Made by a program: the position numbers and the translations under genes. Below are positions 8,747 to 19,456 of a DNA stretch of 64,000 nt, piece after piece. Where the stretch lies: the NCBI GenBank assembly GCA_041586155.1, contig JBFHAT010000010.1:15283-79282 (forward strand), given 5' to 3'. Numbering within the stretch: the first letter of the stretch is position 1; the number at the start of each line of letters is the position of its first letter. A model generated the notes under the pieces. The model saw only the letters and a program-made list of their open reading frames with translations. It was not told the origin of the DNA and did no database searches. This DNA comes from Acidimicrobiia bacterium (GTDB lineage: Bacteria > Actinomycetota > Acidimicrobiia > Spongiisociales > JAENVV01).

Positions 8747-9652
8747 TCACCCGTCCTTCCTGCGGCGGCTGCGCGGATGCGCTTCGACAAACGCCTCGTA
8801 CAGGTGACGGGGCGAAACTCGCGTGTAGATCTGCGTGGTCGAGATACTAGCGTGGCCGAGGATTTCCTGGACGGTTCTCAGGTCGGCCCCTCCTTCCACC
8901 ATGTGCGTTGCCGCCGAATGCCGGAGCACATGCGGTGAGAGGCGTTCGGGGGGGAGACCGGCTGCGGATCCTGCTGATTTCACCACCGACCAGATCGACT
9001 GCCTGCTGAGCCGGCCGCCACGCCGGTTGACGAAGACGGCATCGGATTTGGCGATATCGGCTCGGTCGACGAACCACACCGCCAGCGCGTCGCACGCCGG
9101 TTCGCCCAAGGGGACGAGTCGCTGACGGTCTCCCTTGCCTGTCAGCAGCGCCGTTCGTTCGGTGAGGTCGACGTCGAGGACATCGAGACCGGCAGCCTCG
9201 GAAACGCGCGCTCCGGATGCATACATGAACTCCAACAAGGCTCGATTTCGGCGACCCAGGGCTGTTTCGGTTGGCACACCCTCGATGAGCGTGATGAGCT
9301 CGTCGACGTCCAATGCCTTGGGCAACGACTGTTCCCGTCCGGGCGGTTCCACGAGGAGCGTCGGATCCGACGCGGCCATCCCTTCGACGACGAGGAACCG
9401 GTGAAACATCCGCAATGCGGCGATGCGACGAGCCCGAGTGGCGGGCGCATACCGTCCCAGGGTGACGAGATAGTCGTCCACCAACTGTGGATTCGGGGCT
9501 CGCTCGTCGAGGAACGTTCGATACCCCACCAGATCGCGCCGGTACGCCGCAAGCGTGTTCGCAGAAAGACCCCGCTCGATGTCGAGATGGCGGAGGAACA
9601 ACCGGATCTGGTCGTCCAGCCCGGATTCGTGCTCAGCCGGTGCCGGCATCAT
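8747..9652 (-). CDS. xerD: site-specific tyrosine recombinase XerD
   Basis: N-terminal SAM-like domain (LFLRHLDIERGLSANTLAAYRRDL) and catalytic region ..HVLRHSAATHMVEGGADLRTVQEILGHASISTTQIYTRV. Confidence 0.93.
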   Translation of the reverse strand: MMPAPAEHESGLDDQIRLFLRHLDIERGLSANTLAAYRRDLVGYRTFLDERAPNPQLVDDYLVTLGRYAPATRARRIAALRMFHRFLVVEGMAASDPTLLVEPPGREQSLPKALDVDELITLIEGVPTETALGRRNRALLEFMYASGARVSEAAGLDVLDVDLTERTALLTGKGDRQRLVPLGEPACDALAVWFVDRADIAKSDAVFVNRRGGRLSRQSIWSVVKSAGSAAGLPPERLSPHVLRHSAATHMVEGGADLRTVQEILGHASISTTQIYTRVSPRHLYEAFVEAHPRSRRRKDG

Positions 9653-10175
9653 TGCGCCTGGCGGCCGTCAGGAGCAGGACCCTCGTCTTGGAATCGGAGA
9701 TCTCGCCAACGTCGACCGCATGCAATGCTTCGGCCAGCGACATCGTCACGATTTCGGCGTGATGCTCCTCCGGACCGTCGGGGTCGATGTCGGTTGGGAT
9801 GGCATCGAACGCCAGGAACAGATGGATGATCTCGTCTGTGAACCCCGGGCTGGATTCCATGGGGCCGATGTCGATGAGCTCGCCGGGCTCGAGTCCGACC
9901 TCTTCGATGCATTCCCGGCGAGCTGCGACTTCGGGATCCTCACCGGGATTCATCTTCCCGGCCGGCGTCTCCAGGAGCCAGCGATCGAGTGGTGCACGAT
10001 ATTGGCGGATCAGCGTCACTTGGTCCCCGTGGATCGGAAGCACGGACACGCCTCCGGGATGGCGAATGATGTCGCGGATGACTTCTTTGCCGTCGCCGTC
10101 AGCGAACACGAGCCGTTCGAAGAGGAAGAAAAGCCCGCGGGCGATTCGCTCGCGCCGCTCGGGGACCCATTTCAT
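9633..10175 (-). CDS. NUDIX hydrolase (ADP-ribose pyrophosphatase-like)
   Basis: Nudix box GKMNPGEDPEVAARRECIEEVGL. It occupies the Rv1700-like position between pyrG and xerD. Confidence 0.88.
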   Translation of the reverse strand: MKWVPERRERIARGLFFLFERLVFADGDGKEVIRDIIRHPGGVSVLPIHGDQVTLIRQYRAPLDRWLLETPAGKMNPGEDPEVAARRECIEEVGLEPGELIDIGPMESSPGFTDEIIHLFLAFDAIPTDIDPDGPEEHHAEIVTMSLAEALHAVDVGEISDSKTRVLLLTAARRNDAGTG

Positions 10176-10177
10176 CG

Positions 10178-11848
10178 TCAGCTCGACACGGGCTCAGACG
10201 CCTCCGCGGAGACCGTCGTGGCGGCATCGCCCGGGCGGCCAGCCGGTGCACGTGCCAGCGCCGCAGCCGCGGCGAGGAACCCGTCGAACAACGGATGGGC
10301 CTTGTCGGGCCGCGACTTGAGTTCGGGGTGAGCCTGCGTGGCAACGAAGAACGGATGCGAGGGCATCTCGATGAACTCGACGAGCTGATCATCGGGCGAC
10401 AAGCCGCTCAGCATCATGCCTTGCTGCTCGAGATCTCGGCGATACCGGTTGTTGACCTCGTATCGGTGGCGGTGTCGCTCGTAGATGACTGGCTCGCCGT
10501 AGAGGCGCCGCACCGTGGAACCTTCCGCGAGCTTGGCGGCGTACAGGCCCAGTCGCATCGTGCCGCCCTTCTCGTCGACCTCCTGCTGGGATTCCATCAG
10601 GTCGATGACGGGATGGGGAGTGACCGGATCGAACTCTGAGCTGTCGGCGTTGGCCAACCCGACCACGTTGCGGGCGAATTCGATCACCGCACACTGCAGT
10701 CCGAGGCAGAGGCCCAGGAAGGGGATGCTGCGCTCACGGGCGTGGCGGATCGCTTCGATCTTGCCTTCGACGCCGCGATGACCGAACCCGCCGGGGACGA
10801 GGATCCCGTGTAACCCTTCCATGTGTGCAGATGCGTACAGGCCGGTCATCTCTTCGGCCGGTACCCAACGAAGGTCCAGCTTGAGGTCGTTCACCGCTGC
10901 CCCGTGCCGCAACGCCTCCACCACCGACAGGTACGCGTCGGGTAGGTCTACGTACTTGCCGACGACGCCGATCGTGACGACGTCGGTCGCACCGGCGGCG
11001 CGTTCGACCATGGCCCGCCAGGCGCCCAGGTCGGGTTCCGGCGCATCGAGGTGAAGCCGCTTGATGATGACATCGTCGAGCCCGCGCTCGTGGAGGAGAA
11101 GGGGAACCTCATAGATGTCCTGGGCATCGACCGCGTTGATGACCGCCTCGGCATCGACGTCACAGAAGAGCGAGATCTTGCGGCGGACCGATTCGTCGAT
11201 CTCTCGATCTGAACGAACGACGATGACGTCTGGATGGATACCGCGACTGCGAAGCTCGGCGACAGAGTGCTGCGTGGGCTTCGACTTGAGCTCTTCCGAC
11301 GAGGAGATGTAGGGGACGAGCGTCACATGGATGTACGCAACGTTCTCGCGACCGACGTCCTTCCCGAACTGGCGGATCGCCTCCAGGAATGGAAGCCCTT
11401 CGATGTCGCCGACGGTCCCGCCCACTTCGGAGATGACGACATCCACTTCGTCGCGGTCGCCCATCCTCTTGATGCGGGCCTTGATCTCGTTGGTGATGTG
11501 CGGGATCACCTGCACGGTGCCGCCGAGATAGTCGCCGCGCCTCTCCTTCTGGATCACGGAAAGGTAGATGGCGCCAGCCGAGACGGAAGCATCACGTCGC
11601 AGATTGACCCCGGTGAAGCGCTCATAATGCCCGAGATCCAGGTCGGTCTCTCCCCCGTCGTCGGTGACGAAGACCTCACCGTGCTGAAACGGGTTCATCG
11701 TGCCGGGGTCGACGTTGATGTACGGGTCGAGCTTCTGGAGCACGACGTTGAGGCCCCGTGCCTTGAGGAGGCGGCCCAACGACGCGGCGGTGATGCCTTT
11801 GCCGAGTGAAGAGACGACGCCGCCCGTTACGAAGATGTATTTCGTCAC
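10178..11848 (-). CDS. pyrG: CTP synthase
   Basis: [19 protein letters not shown].., glutaminase domain with LGLCLGLQ; 556 aa. Confidence 0.97.
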   Translation of the reverse strand: MTKYIFVTGGVVSSLGKGITAASLGRLLKARGLNVVLQKLDPYINVDPGTMNPFQHGEVFVTDDGGETDLDLGHYERFTGVNLRRDASVSAGAIYLSVIQKERRGDYLGGTVQVIPHITNEIKARIKRMGDRDEVDVVISEVGGTVGDIEGLPFLEAIRQFGKDVGRENVAYIHVTLVPYISSSEELKSKPTQHSVAELRSRGIHPDVIVVRSDREIDESVRRKISLFCDVDAEAVINAVDAQDIYEVPLLLHERGLDDVIIKRLHLDAPEPDLGAWRAMVERAAGATDVVTIGVVGKYVDLPDAYLSVVEALRHGAAVNDLKLDLRWVPAEEMTGLYASAHMEGLHGILVPGGFGHRGVEGKIEAIRHARERSIPFLGLCLGLQCAVIEFARNVVGLANADSSEFDPVTPHPVIDLMESQQEVDEKGGTMRLGLYAAKLAEGSTVRRLYGEPVIYERHRHRYEVNNRYRRDLEQQGMMLSGLSPDDQLVEFIEMPSHPFFVATQAHPELKSRPDKAHPLFDGFLAAAAALARAPAGRPGDAATTVSAEASEPVSS

Positions 11849-11889
11849 GGGATGTCAGCGTAGCACCTGGCAGCCGACCGACCCGGATC

Positions 11890-13485
11890 TCAGTTGATGC
11901 GCTTGCCGTGACCCGTCCAAGCGCGTTCACGCAACACGTATTTCTGGATCTTGCCGGTCGACGTTTTGGGCAGCGCATCGACGAACTCGACATGGTCGGG
12001 CGCCTTGTAGTGGGCAAGGCGGGCTCGAACGTGCTCGATGATGTCGTACTCCGTGGCGGCGGCGTCACTCTTCAAGACGACATATGCCTTGGGTCGCTCA
12101 CCCCAATGGTCGTGGGGGATCGCCACCACTGCCGCTTCGAGCACCGCGGGATGCTCCATGATGGCCTGCTCTACTTCGATCGTCGAGATGTTCTCGCCGC
12201 CAGAGACAATCACGTCTTTCGACCTGTCCCGTAGCTCGATGTAGCCGTCCTCATGCCAGACGGCGACGTCACCGCTGTGGAACCATCCTCCCCGAAATGC
12301 GGTCGCAGTCGCCTCGGGGTCGTCGAAGTAGCCCGCCATGACGTTGTTTCCCCGCATGACGACTTCGCCCATCGTCGCACCGTCTCGGGGAACGTCGTTC
12401 ATCTCCCCATCGACCACGCGAATCGGGTCGACGCCGATGAACGCCAGCCCTTGGCGGGCGAGACGGACGGCTCGCTCGTCGGGGCCGAGTTCCTGCCAGC
12501 CGTCTTGCCATTCGCAGACCGTGTGGGGCCCGTAGGTCTCGGTGAGGCCGTAGACGTGGATGATGGAAGCCCCGAGTCGCTCCATCTCGCCGATGATGGT
12601 GGGGCTGGGCGGAGCCCCGGCCGTCGTGACGGTGAGGCCGTGAGGGATCGGTGCGGCGTCGGGATGGTTGGCCAGTGAGATCAGCACGGTTGGCGCCGCA
12701 TTGAGGTGGGTGACACCCAGCGTCCGGATCAGCTTCCATACCTCAGCGGGTTCCACGGCGCGCAGACCGACATGCGTGCCGCCGATTCCGGTCACCGCCC
12801 ACGTGGTACACCATCCATTGCAGTGGAACATGGGCAATGTCCACAAGTACACCGAGGACGGACTGTGGCGCGAATGAATGATCTCCGTCAACGAGTTGAG
12901 ATAGGCGCCCCGGTGGGTGTACACGACTCCTTTGGGTCTTCCGGTCGTCCCCGAGGTGTAGTTGATCGAGATCGCCTGGTATTCGTCGGCGACCCTCCAC
13001 GGCAATGGGTCACCGGATGCTCGTGCGAGGAAATCTGGGTATCTGGTGCCGGGAAGGTCCGGTGCCGGACCTTCCTCCTCGATCAGCACGACCTCTTCCA
13101 CGGTTTCGAGCTCGTCGAGAATCGGCGAGACCCGATCGGCCAAAGCCGTGTCGACGAAGAGCATTCGTGCTCCGGAGTGCGAGAGGATGTATGCGACCTC
13201 GGCGGGAGCGAGACGGGTGTTGATGGCGACCAGCACCGCCCCGATCAGCGGCACCCCGAAGTGAGCCGCCAGCATGTCGAACGTGTTCGGGGAGAGATAG
13301 GCGATGCGATCGCCCGATTCGATGCCGCTGGCGCGGAGCGCCTGCCCGATCCGCTGGGCGCGTTCGCCCAGTGCCCGGTAGTCGTGAGCGGTGCCCTTCG
13401 TGAGGAAGGCCGCTTTGGTGGGGAATGCCTCCACCGACCGCTCCAAGAACAGCAACGGCGTGAGTTGGGTGGACGACACTTCCAT
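11890..13485 (-). CDS. AMP-dependent acyl-CoA synthetase/ligase
   Basis: AMP-binding motif YTSGTTGRPKGVVYTHRG, ..GEMxxRG.., C-terminal ..LPKTSTGKIQK; 531 aa. Confidence 0.92.
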   Translation of the reverse strand: MEVSSTQLTPLLFLERSVEAFPTKAAFLTKGTAHDYRALGERAQRIGQALRASGIESGDRIAYLSPNTFDMLAAHFGVPLIGAVLVAINTRLAPAEVAYILSHSGARMLFVDTALADRVSPILDELETVEEVVLIEEEGPAPDLPGTRYPDFLARASGDPLPWRVADEYQAISINYTSGTTGRPKGVVYTHRGAYLNSLTEIIHSRHSPSSVYLWTLPMFHCNGWCTTWAVTGIGGTHVGLRAVEPAEVWKLIRTLGVTHLNAAPTVLISLANHPDAAPIPHGLTVTTAGAPPSPTIIGEMERLGASIIHVYGLTETYGPHTVCEWQDGWQELGPDERAVRLARQGLAFIGVDPIRVVDGEMNDVPRDGATMGEVVMRGNNVMAGYFDDPEATATAFRGGWFHSGDVAVWHEDGYIELRDRSKDVIVSGGENISTIEVEQAIMEHPAVLEAAVVAIPHDHWGERPKAYVVLKSDAAATEYDIIEHVRARLAHYKAPDHVEFVDALPKTSTGKIQKYVLRERAWTGHGKRIN

Positions 13486-13530
13486 GAAGACCCTCCCGGC
13501 GTTGGCTGCGCGAGCATACCTCCCGAATCT

Positions 13531-15138
13531 TCACCGTTCGGCTCGGCTGACTGCGGCCAGCTGACGCAGCTCGGTTGCATGCCGGAGGCTCTGCTCGGAC
13601 CTTTCCAATCCCGACAGCATGCGAGCCAGCTCCTCGATTCGTCCTGCTTCGTCGACCGTGCGGACGACCGCCTCGGCGCCTGCCCGCTCGACCACGATGT
13701 GTGTGTCGGCGAACGCGGCGATCTGCGGAAGGTGCGTGACGGCCAGCACCTGACGGTCGCATGCCAGCCGGGCCAGCTTCTGGCCCAGTGCCATCCCCGT
13801 TCGGCCGCCCACGCCCGCATCGATCTCGTCGAAGGCGATCACAGGAGCGCGCGCCGCTCCGGCGGCCAGCCGCACCGACAGCACGAGCCGGCTCAGCTCG
13901 CCTCCGCTCGCAACCCGCCCCACCGGGCCGGGCGTCAGGCGGGCATCCGAGGCGAACCTCAGCTCGACGTGATCGGCTCCGGCAGCGTGGGGCTCCCGCG
14001 ACGACACGTCGAACTCCAGATGCGGATCGGAGAGTCCCAGCTCGGCGAGATGCCCGATGGCAGCCTGGGCAAGACGCTCGCCGGCCGCCTGGCGCGCGCC
14101 GCGCAACCTCGCTCCGACGGCGACCAGTGCATCGACAGAGGCTGCCAGGTCGGCGTCGACAGTGGCGGCTCGGTCGGCGAGGGCGGCCAGCTCGGAAGCT
14201 CGTTTGGCTGCCTGCACCCCGAACTCGAGCACCTCATCGAGGGTGGCGCCGTACTTGCGACGCAGGCTGTTGAGCTGCGCCAGGCGCTCCTCGGCCCGTT
14301 CCGATTCGGACGGGTCAACCGGAAGGGCATCGGCGCTCCCACGCACCTCTCCGCTGAGGTCGTCGAGGACCGCGGCGAGTTCGTCCAGCCCAGAGAGCGT
14401 GTCGACCAGCTCGACATCCAGTTGGGCGGCCCGCCGGAGCGCGCTCCTGGCCGCCCCGAGCGCATCCCTCGATACGTCCATGTCGCGGTGGGCGGAACCG
14501 AGGAGCTCGCGTAGCTCTGCGGCGCTACGCAGGTATCGCAGCTTCGCCTCCAGCTCGGCGTCGTCGCCCAGGGCAAACCCGGCTGCGGCGATCTCCTCCG
14601 CTTGCCATTCCGCCAGCGAGCGTTCTCTTTCGAGCCCTCGCAGGTCGCCGCCGATCTCAGCCTGGAGAGCTCGAAGGTCTCGAGACTGTGCCCATCCCTC
14701 TTCGTACTCGGTGCGGGCAGCGAGCCCTTCGTCATCGAGCGCCGTGTCAACGAGGCGACGGACCTCGTGAGCGGTTCCGAGCAACAGCTGGTCATGCTGG
14801 GCCACCACTTCGACGAGCCCGGCGACCCGCTCGCCGATCGCGCTGAGCGGTGCCATGTCGCCGTTCAAATAGGAGCGGGAGCGGCCCTCGCGTACGACAC
14901 GCCGGGTGACCACCACGTCCTCGCCATCGACCAGGAACCGCCCCTCGACGCGAGCCTCGTCTCCAGCGGGTCCGACCAGATCGGAGCGGGCCGGCATGCC
15001 GAGCATCAGCTGCAGCGCTCCCAGAAGGAGGGTCTTTCCCGCTCCCGTTTCGCCGGTGACGACGATCAATCCGGGGCCGGGCTCGACCGCGCCTCGCGAG
15101 ATGATCCCCAGGTTGCTGACAACCAGTTCGTCCAGCAT
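13531..15138 (-). CDS. recN: DNA repair protein RecN
   Basis: MLDELVVSNLGII..VVTGETGAGKTLLLGAL.., long coiled coil, ..AFDEIDAGVGG... Start trimmed from 15336. ATG 15138 overlaps the nadK stop (TGATG). Confidence 0.95.
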   Translation of the reverse strand: MLDELVVSNLGIISRGAVEPGPGLIVVTGETGAGKTLLLGALQLMLGMPARSDLVGPAGDEARVEGRFLVDGEDVVVTRRVVREGRSRSYLNGDMAPLSAIGERVAGLVEVVAQHDQLLLGTAHEVRRLVDTALDDEGLAARTEYEEGWAQSRDLRALQAEIGGDLRGLERERSLAEWQAEEIAAAGFALGDDAELEAKLRYLRSAAELRELLGSAHRDMDVSRDALGAARSALRRAAQLDVELVDTLSGLDELAAVLDDLSGEVRGSADALPVDPSESERAEERLAQLNSLRRKYGATLDEVLEFGVQAAKRASELAALADRAATVDADLAASVDALVAVGARLRGARQAAGERLAQAAIGHLAELGLSDPHLEFDVSSREPHAAGADHVELRFASDARLTPGPVGRVASGGELSRLVLSVRLAAGAARAPVIAFDEIDAGVGGRTGMALGQKLARLACDRQVLAVTHLPQIAAFADTHIVVERAGAEAVVRTVDEAGRIEELARMLSGLERSEQSLRHATELRQLAAVSRAER

Positions 15139-15959
15139 CAGAGGCTCGCTCCGTCCAATCCCTCGTACAGGCGCAGCTTCTCTTTGACGGTCTGGGTATG
15201 CGATCGGGTACCGAAGCGAATGAACCGAACGCGTCGACTCCCCGCCGAGATGAGGACGGATCCGCCGGGCTCGACCACTCCGAGATCCCGGCCGTCGATG
15301 TTGACTCCTGCCGGTCGGTCGTGCGTCACCCGGCACTCGATGCGCACCGACGGCGGCAGCACCAGAGCCCTTCGGAATTGCGAATAGGGAGCGACGGGCG
15401 TGACCATGAGGGCGTCGACCCGTGGATCCACGATGGGCCCGCCCGCCGAGAGGTTGTAGGCCGTGGAGCCGGTGGGCCCGGCGAAGACCAATCCGTCGGC
15501 CCGATACGTGAGAAACCGTTCGTCGTCGATGAACACCTCCAACGAAACGAGGCGCTGCGACGTCACTTTTTCCACGACCACATCGTTCAGCCCCAAATGC
15601 TCGGGTCCGTCACCCACAGCAGCCGCCACGGTCATCCGCGAGGTCTCCTCCCACTGTCCCGAGGCCACCATCGCCACGACGTCGTCGATGTCGCCCGGCT
15701 CGGCCTCTGCCAGGAACCCGACCCGACCGGTGTTGATACCGATCACGGGCGCATCGCCCGCCAGGGCGTGTCGGGCGGCCTCGAGCACCGTGCCGTCTCC
15801 ACCGACGGCGGCGATCACGTCGCAGCCTTCCAATGGCTCTTCCGATTGCTCGCCGACCGTTGCGACCTCCAGGCCGGATTCCTCAGCCCGTGAGATCAGC
15901 CGTTCGGCGACAGGGCCGGCCGGTTCGCTTCCGCGTCGTACCACCAAACCGAGCCTCAT
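15138..15959 (-). CDS. nadK: NAD kinase
   Basis: ..CDVIAAVGGDGTVLEAAR.., ..GINTGRVGFL... ATG 15959 directly abuts the tlyA stop. Confidence 0.93.
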   Translation of the reverse strand: MRLGLVVRRGSEPAGPVAERLISRAEESGLEVATVGEQSEEPLEGCDVIAAVGGDGTVLEAARHALAGDAPVIGINTGRVGFLAEAEPGDIDDVVAMVASGQWEETSRMTVAAAVGDGPEHLGLNDVVVEKVTSQRLVSLEVFIDDERFLTYRADGLVFAGPTGSTAYNLSAGGPIVDPRVDALMVTPVAPYSQFRRALVLPPSVRIECRVTHDRPAGVNIDGRDLGVVEPGGSVLISAGSRRVRFIRFGTRSHTQTVKEKLRLYEGLDGASL

Positions 15960-16738
15960 CGCGCCCCCTCTGCGCCGCACAGGTCATCGAGCAGCCGATC
16001 GACGTCGGCGCCCTGTTCTGCGCGGAGGTGGACCAGAAATTCCGTGTTGCCGTCGCCGCCGAGGATGGGCGACACCATCCCCGCTCGAGCGTGCCACCCT
16101 GCCTCCATCCACGACGCCAGCACTCCAGCGATCGCCCGGCGGTGCGCGGACCCCGACCGGACGAGCCCGCCTCGGCCGACGTGGGCAGGTCCGACCTCGT
16201 ATTGGGGTTTGACGAGCAGGACCACGTCCGCCGACGGAGCCAGGTGGGGCGCAAGGCCGTCGACCACCTTCGTGAGGGAGATGAACGACAGGTCGGCCAC
16301 CAGGACCTCGATGGGGCCGCCGACCTCGGCTGCTGTCAAATGGCGGACGTTCGTTCCCTCGAGCAGAGTGACCCGTGGATCTACTCGAAGCCGGGTCGTC
16401 ATCTGATCGTGGCCGACATCGACAGCCACGACAGCCGATGCTCCTCGCTCGAGGAGCACCTCGGTGAACCCGCCGGTGGATGCGCCCGCATCGAGCGCAC
16501 GGCACCCGGCGACGTCCACCTCGAAGAAGTCGAGTGCGGCGAGCAGCTTTCGGGCCGCCCGGCTCACGTGCTGACGGGCGGTCAGCTCGATTCGAGCCTG
16601 CGTGGTGGTCTTCAGTGCGGGTTTGGTGGCGGGCTTGCCGTCGACGAGCACGGTGCCATCGTCGATGGCTCTGCGGGCGGCGCTCCTGGTGGGCACCAGC
16701 CCTCGCTCGACCAACGCCTCATCGAGCCGCAGCGTCAT
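15956..16738 (-). CDS. tlyA: TlyA-family rRNA (cytidine-2'-O)-methyltransferase
   Basis: S4 domain (MTLRLDEALVERGLVPTRSAARRAIDDGTVLVDG) plus FtsJ-type SAM motif LDAGASTGGFTEVLL. Confidence 0.92.
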   Translation of the reverse strand: MTLRLDEALVERGLVPTRSAARRAIDDGTVLVDGKPATKPALKTTTQARIELTARQHVSRAARKLLAALDFFEVDVAGCRALDAGASTGGFTEVLLERGASAVVAVDVGHDQMTTRLRVDPRVTLLEGTNVRHLTAAEVGGPIEVLVADLSFISLTKVVDGLAPHLAPSADVVLLVKPQYEVGPAHVGRGGLVRSGSAHRRAIAGVLASWMEAGWHARAGMVSPILGGDGNTEFLVHLRAEQGADVDRLLDDLCGAEGAR

Positions 16739-16886
16739 CGTCCGGGGGCCGCTCGAGGCGGGCCCCGAGCCAGGAGGCAAGCGTCTCGGCAGCCGGGGCG
16801 GCATCCGCCGGGTCGAGGTCGACAAGGCGCTCCAACTCGGTTTCGAAGTCGAGGTTCTCTTCGGTCATCCGATGTTCGGGTTCCAT
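16719..16886 (-). CDS. small acidic conserved hypothetical protein (Rv1693-position ORF)
   Basis: MEPEHRMTEENLDFETELERLVDLDPADAAPAAETLASWLGARLERPP... It sits between the HAD gene and tlyA, as in mycobacteria (from memory). Start ambiguous (16907, 16886 or 16868). CATAAT lies 7 nt before ATG 16886. Confidence 0.5.
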   Translation of the reverse strand: MEPEHRMTEENLDFETELERLVDLDPADAAPAAETLASWLGARLERPPDDDAAAR

Positions 16887-16947
16887 CACGACCATTATGA
16901 CGGCCACACCCGACGAAACACGTCTTTGGAAGGGCCCGTTGCCCTCG

Positions 16948-17718
16948 TCACAGCAAGCCGGCGCCGGCTGCCCACCCGAGGAGGTCGGCGGCGGTGTCGA
17001 GGCACGCGTCCGGTGGGTCGGCAGTGGGGACGTTGAATGGCACCCCGGTCTTGACGGCCACCGTGATCCAGCCGGCCCTCTTGCCCATGGCGACGTCGGT
17101 GTCGAGCCGGTCCCCGATCATGATGATGGTGTCGTGTTTCGCCGTTTCGGCGAGCAGCTCGATCATCGGCCGCTCCGGCTTGCCGGCGGGGACGGGCCGG
17201 ACGCCACTGGCGGTGGCGATCGCGCTCACGATGGAGCCTGCGCCTGGGCGCAGACCCTCTTCAGCGGGATAGGAGGCATCGAGGTTGGCGGCCAGAAACG
17301 GCACTCCCCGCAAGGCAACTCCCATCGCCGCCTCCAAGGTGGCATAGGTGAACGCCTGATCGATTCCGACGATCAAGCCATCGGCCTTCTCCGGGTCGTG
17401 GCTGGGACGGCCGTGGGTGTCCAGGACGGCGGCGTGGATGCCCTCCCCGCCAACGATGAACGGATGTTTCACGGCCCGCTCGCGGGCGAGTCGGCCCACG
17501 GCCATCGCCGAGCTCACCATTTGGCTCGGCTGAGCCGGATAACCGGTCACTCGAGCCACCTTGTCGGCCAGGCCTCGGGCGGTTCGAGCCGAGTTGTTGG
17601 TTGCGAACAGCACGTCGACACCTCGCTCGGAGAGTTTCTGAAGGGTGTCGGCAACGCCGGGGACGGCTCGGTCGCCGCGATAGACGACACCGTCGAGATC
17701 GAAGATGCAGGTGATCAT
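16948..17718 (-). CDS. HAD-IIA family hydrolase (sugar phosphatase-like)
   Basis: MITCIFDLDGVVYRG.. (DxDGV motif), ..LFATNNS.., ..IMIGDRLDTDV... ATG 17718 overlaps the upstream stop as ATGA. Confidence 0.9.
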   Translation of the reverse strand: MITCIFDLDGVVYRGDRAVPGVADTLQKLSERGVDVLFATNNSARTARGLADKVARVTGYPAQPSQMVSSAMAVGRLARERAVKHPFIVGGEGIHAAVLDTHGRPSHDPEKADGLIVGIDQAFTYATLEAAMGVALRGVPFLAANLDASYPAEEGLRPGAGSIVSAIATASGVRPVPAGKPERPMIELLAETAKHDTIIMIGDRLDTDVAMGKRAGWITVAVKTGVPFNVPTADPPDACLDTAADLLGWAAGAGLL

Positions 17719-19037
17719 CCCGCCCGAGCTCCGAAGGCTTGAACGGTCGCGGACAGCAGTCGTTCTGTCCGGTTGATCGATTCGATGGACACCCGTTCGT
17801 CGTGTCCGTGGAACATGGAGAGGAACTCCCCGAATCCCACTGCCCCATCGAACCTGCCGGCACCGTACGCGACCGTGCCTCGGGTGCGCCAGAATCGGGC
17901 GTCGGTGGACGCCGGTGTGAGCACCGGCACCATGGCCCGGCTGTCGTCGAGCGATTCGTAGGCGTCGCCCAGCGCCTCCCACAGCAACCCTGCCGCCGGC
18001 GAGCTCGTTGCAGGATGGTTGCGGAACGGCTCGAAAGTCAGGCGGTCGGCGGCCGAGCCCAGCGTCTTGCGGACATGCTCAGCCAACGTCGACTCGTCCT
18101 GTCCAGGCAGCACGCGGACGTCAAACGCTCCGTGTGCGTCGCCCGGTATGACGTTCACCTTCACACCGGCGTCGAGCATGGTGGGACTGATGGTCAGGTG
18201 CGTACAAGCGTGGACGTAACGTGCGAGGAGCGGATCAGAGGCGGACAGCTCCTCGAGGGCGCTGTCGAGCGCATCCGGATCGGTGAGCCGGTCCCGAAGC
18301 GCCGGCTCGACGGGAAGATGGCCCACGAACGTCTGCCAGTCGGGCGAGATCGCTATGGGGGTGGCGGCATCCGCAAGTGAGGCGATCGCCCTGGCCATGA
18401 CCGTCAGGGCGTTGGCCGTGCCGAACGGCTGGCTGGCATGGCCGGGCACCCCCGCCGTCGTCACCGCCTGGAAAAGGGGCCCCTTCTCTGCCACCTGGAC
18501 CAACGGAAGGCCTCCTGGCGCGAGTGCGGGATACGCGATCTCGGTGAGCATGTAGTCGACCGCGACTTCATTCCAGTGCTGGGCGGTGATGCTGTCAGCC
18601 CCGAACTCACCGCCGGCTTCCTCGTCTGCAAGCGCGAGAAACACTAGGTCACCGGGGAGGGGCTCTCGCTCCCCGGCGAGATAGGACCGGAACACGGCGG
18701 CCATGGCCCCGGTGAGGTTGAGCATGTCGACGGCTCCCCGACCCCAGACGAATTCGTCCACCACCTCCGCCCCGAATGGGTCGCGTTTCCAACCGTCTGG
18801 ATCTGCTGGCACCACGTCCAGGTGACCCATCAGCGCAAGCGAGGGACCGCCCGCGGTCCCGGGGATGCGGTAGAGCAGGCTTTGCCGGCCCGGAGCCGGT
18901 TCGAAGACCCGGCCGCCCACGCCGAAGAAGTCCTGCAGCGTGTCCACCGACCGGTATTCGTGGCCCGACTCCGCAGTGCCGTCGTTGACGCACCTGTTGC
19001 GGATCAGCTGGCGAACGAGATCGGTCGTGTCCGTCAC
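17715..19037 (-). CDS. M20/M25/M40 family metallopeptidase
   Basis: ..LALMGHLDVVPADPDGWKRDPF..GRGAVDMLN..; 440 aa. Confidence 0.88.
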   Translation of the reverse strand: MTDTTDLVRQLIRNRCVNDGTAESGHEYRSVDTLQDFFGVGGRVFEPAPGRQSLLYRIPGTAGGPSLALMGHLDVVPADPDGWKRDPFGAEVVDEFVWGRGAVDMLNLTGAMAAVFRSYLAGEREPLPGDLVFLALADEEAGGEFGADSITAQHWNEVAVDYMLTEIAYPALAPGGLPLVQVAEKGPLFQAVTTAGVPGHASQPFGTANALTVMARAIASLADAATPIAISPDWQTFVGHLPVEPALRDRLTDPDALDSALEELSASDPLLARYVHACTHLTISPTMLDAGVKVNVIPGDAHGAFDVRVLPGQDESTLAEHVRKTLGSAADRLTFEPFRNHPATSSPAAGLLWEALGDAYESLDDSRAMVPVLTPASTDARFWRTRGTVAYGAGRFDGAVGFGEFLSMFHGHDERVSIESINRTERLLSATVQAFGARAG

Positions 19038-19456
19038 ATCGTCCCACCGGGATCAGCCGCGGTGATCGCGTCCAGCAGTTCGTGCATCGTCGGTGGCATG
19101 GGAAGCGCACGTGCCGCCTCCAGTGCGAACCATCCGGCATCGACGGCGTCGTCTCCGGCTCGCAGCTCGCCGCCTCGGACCGTTCCGTAGAAGTCGATGA
19201 TGACGAACCGCCGATCGGATTCGCCGGCCGTTGCGCCCACCCAAGCGACGTCACCCACCTCGACATCCAAGCCGGTTTCTTCTCGCACCTCCCGCGCGGC
19301 GGCGGCACGGAGTGGCTCGTCTCCGGTGACCTTGCCGCCGGGGACTGCCCACTGCCCTCGGGCGGGCTCCCGGCCACGTCGGATCAGGAGAATCCGGCCA
19401 CGGTCGATGATCACCACGCCGACCGCCGGGATCGGATGGTCACCGCTCGTCGTCAT
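19034..19456 (-). CDS. NUDIX hydrolase (MutT-like)
   Basis: Nudix box GGKVTGDEPLRAAAAREVREETGL; 140 aa. Confidence 0.88.
   Translation of the reverse strand: MTTSGDHPIPAVGVVIIDRGRILLIRRGREPARGQWAVPGGKVTGDEPLRAAAAREVREETGLDVEVGDVAWVGATAGESDRRFVIIDFYGTVRGGELRAGDDAVDAGWFALEAARALPMPPTMHELLDAITAADPGGTM

Noticed and set aside
8747-9652. Tyrosine recombinase as the integrase of a mobile element
   Set aside because: It has the XerD-type N-terminal domain and the conserved pyrG-NUDIX-xerD chromosomal context. No att repeats, excisionase or cargo genes are present.
12706-14514. 602-aa plus-strand ORF
   Set aside because: It lies antisense to the clearly recognisable acyl-CoA synthetase and recN genes. 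The product is Arg/Gly/Pro/Asp-rich with no motifs. This is the typical long shadow ORF of GC-rich DNA.
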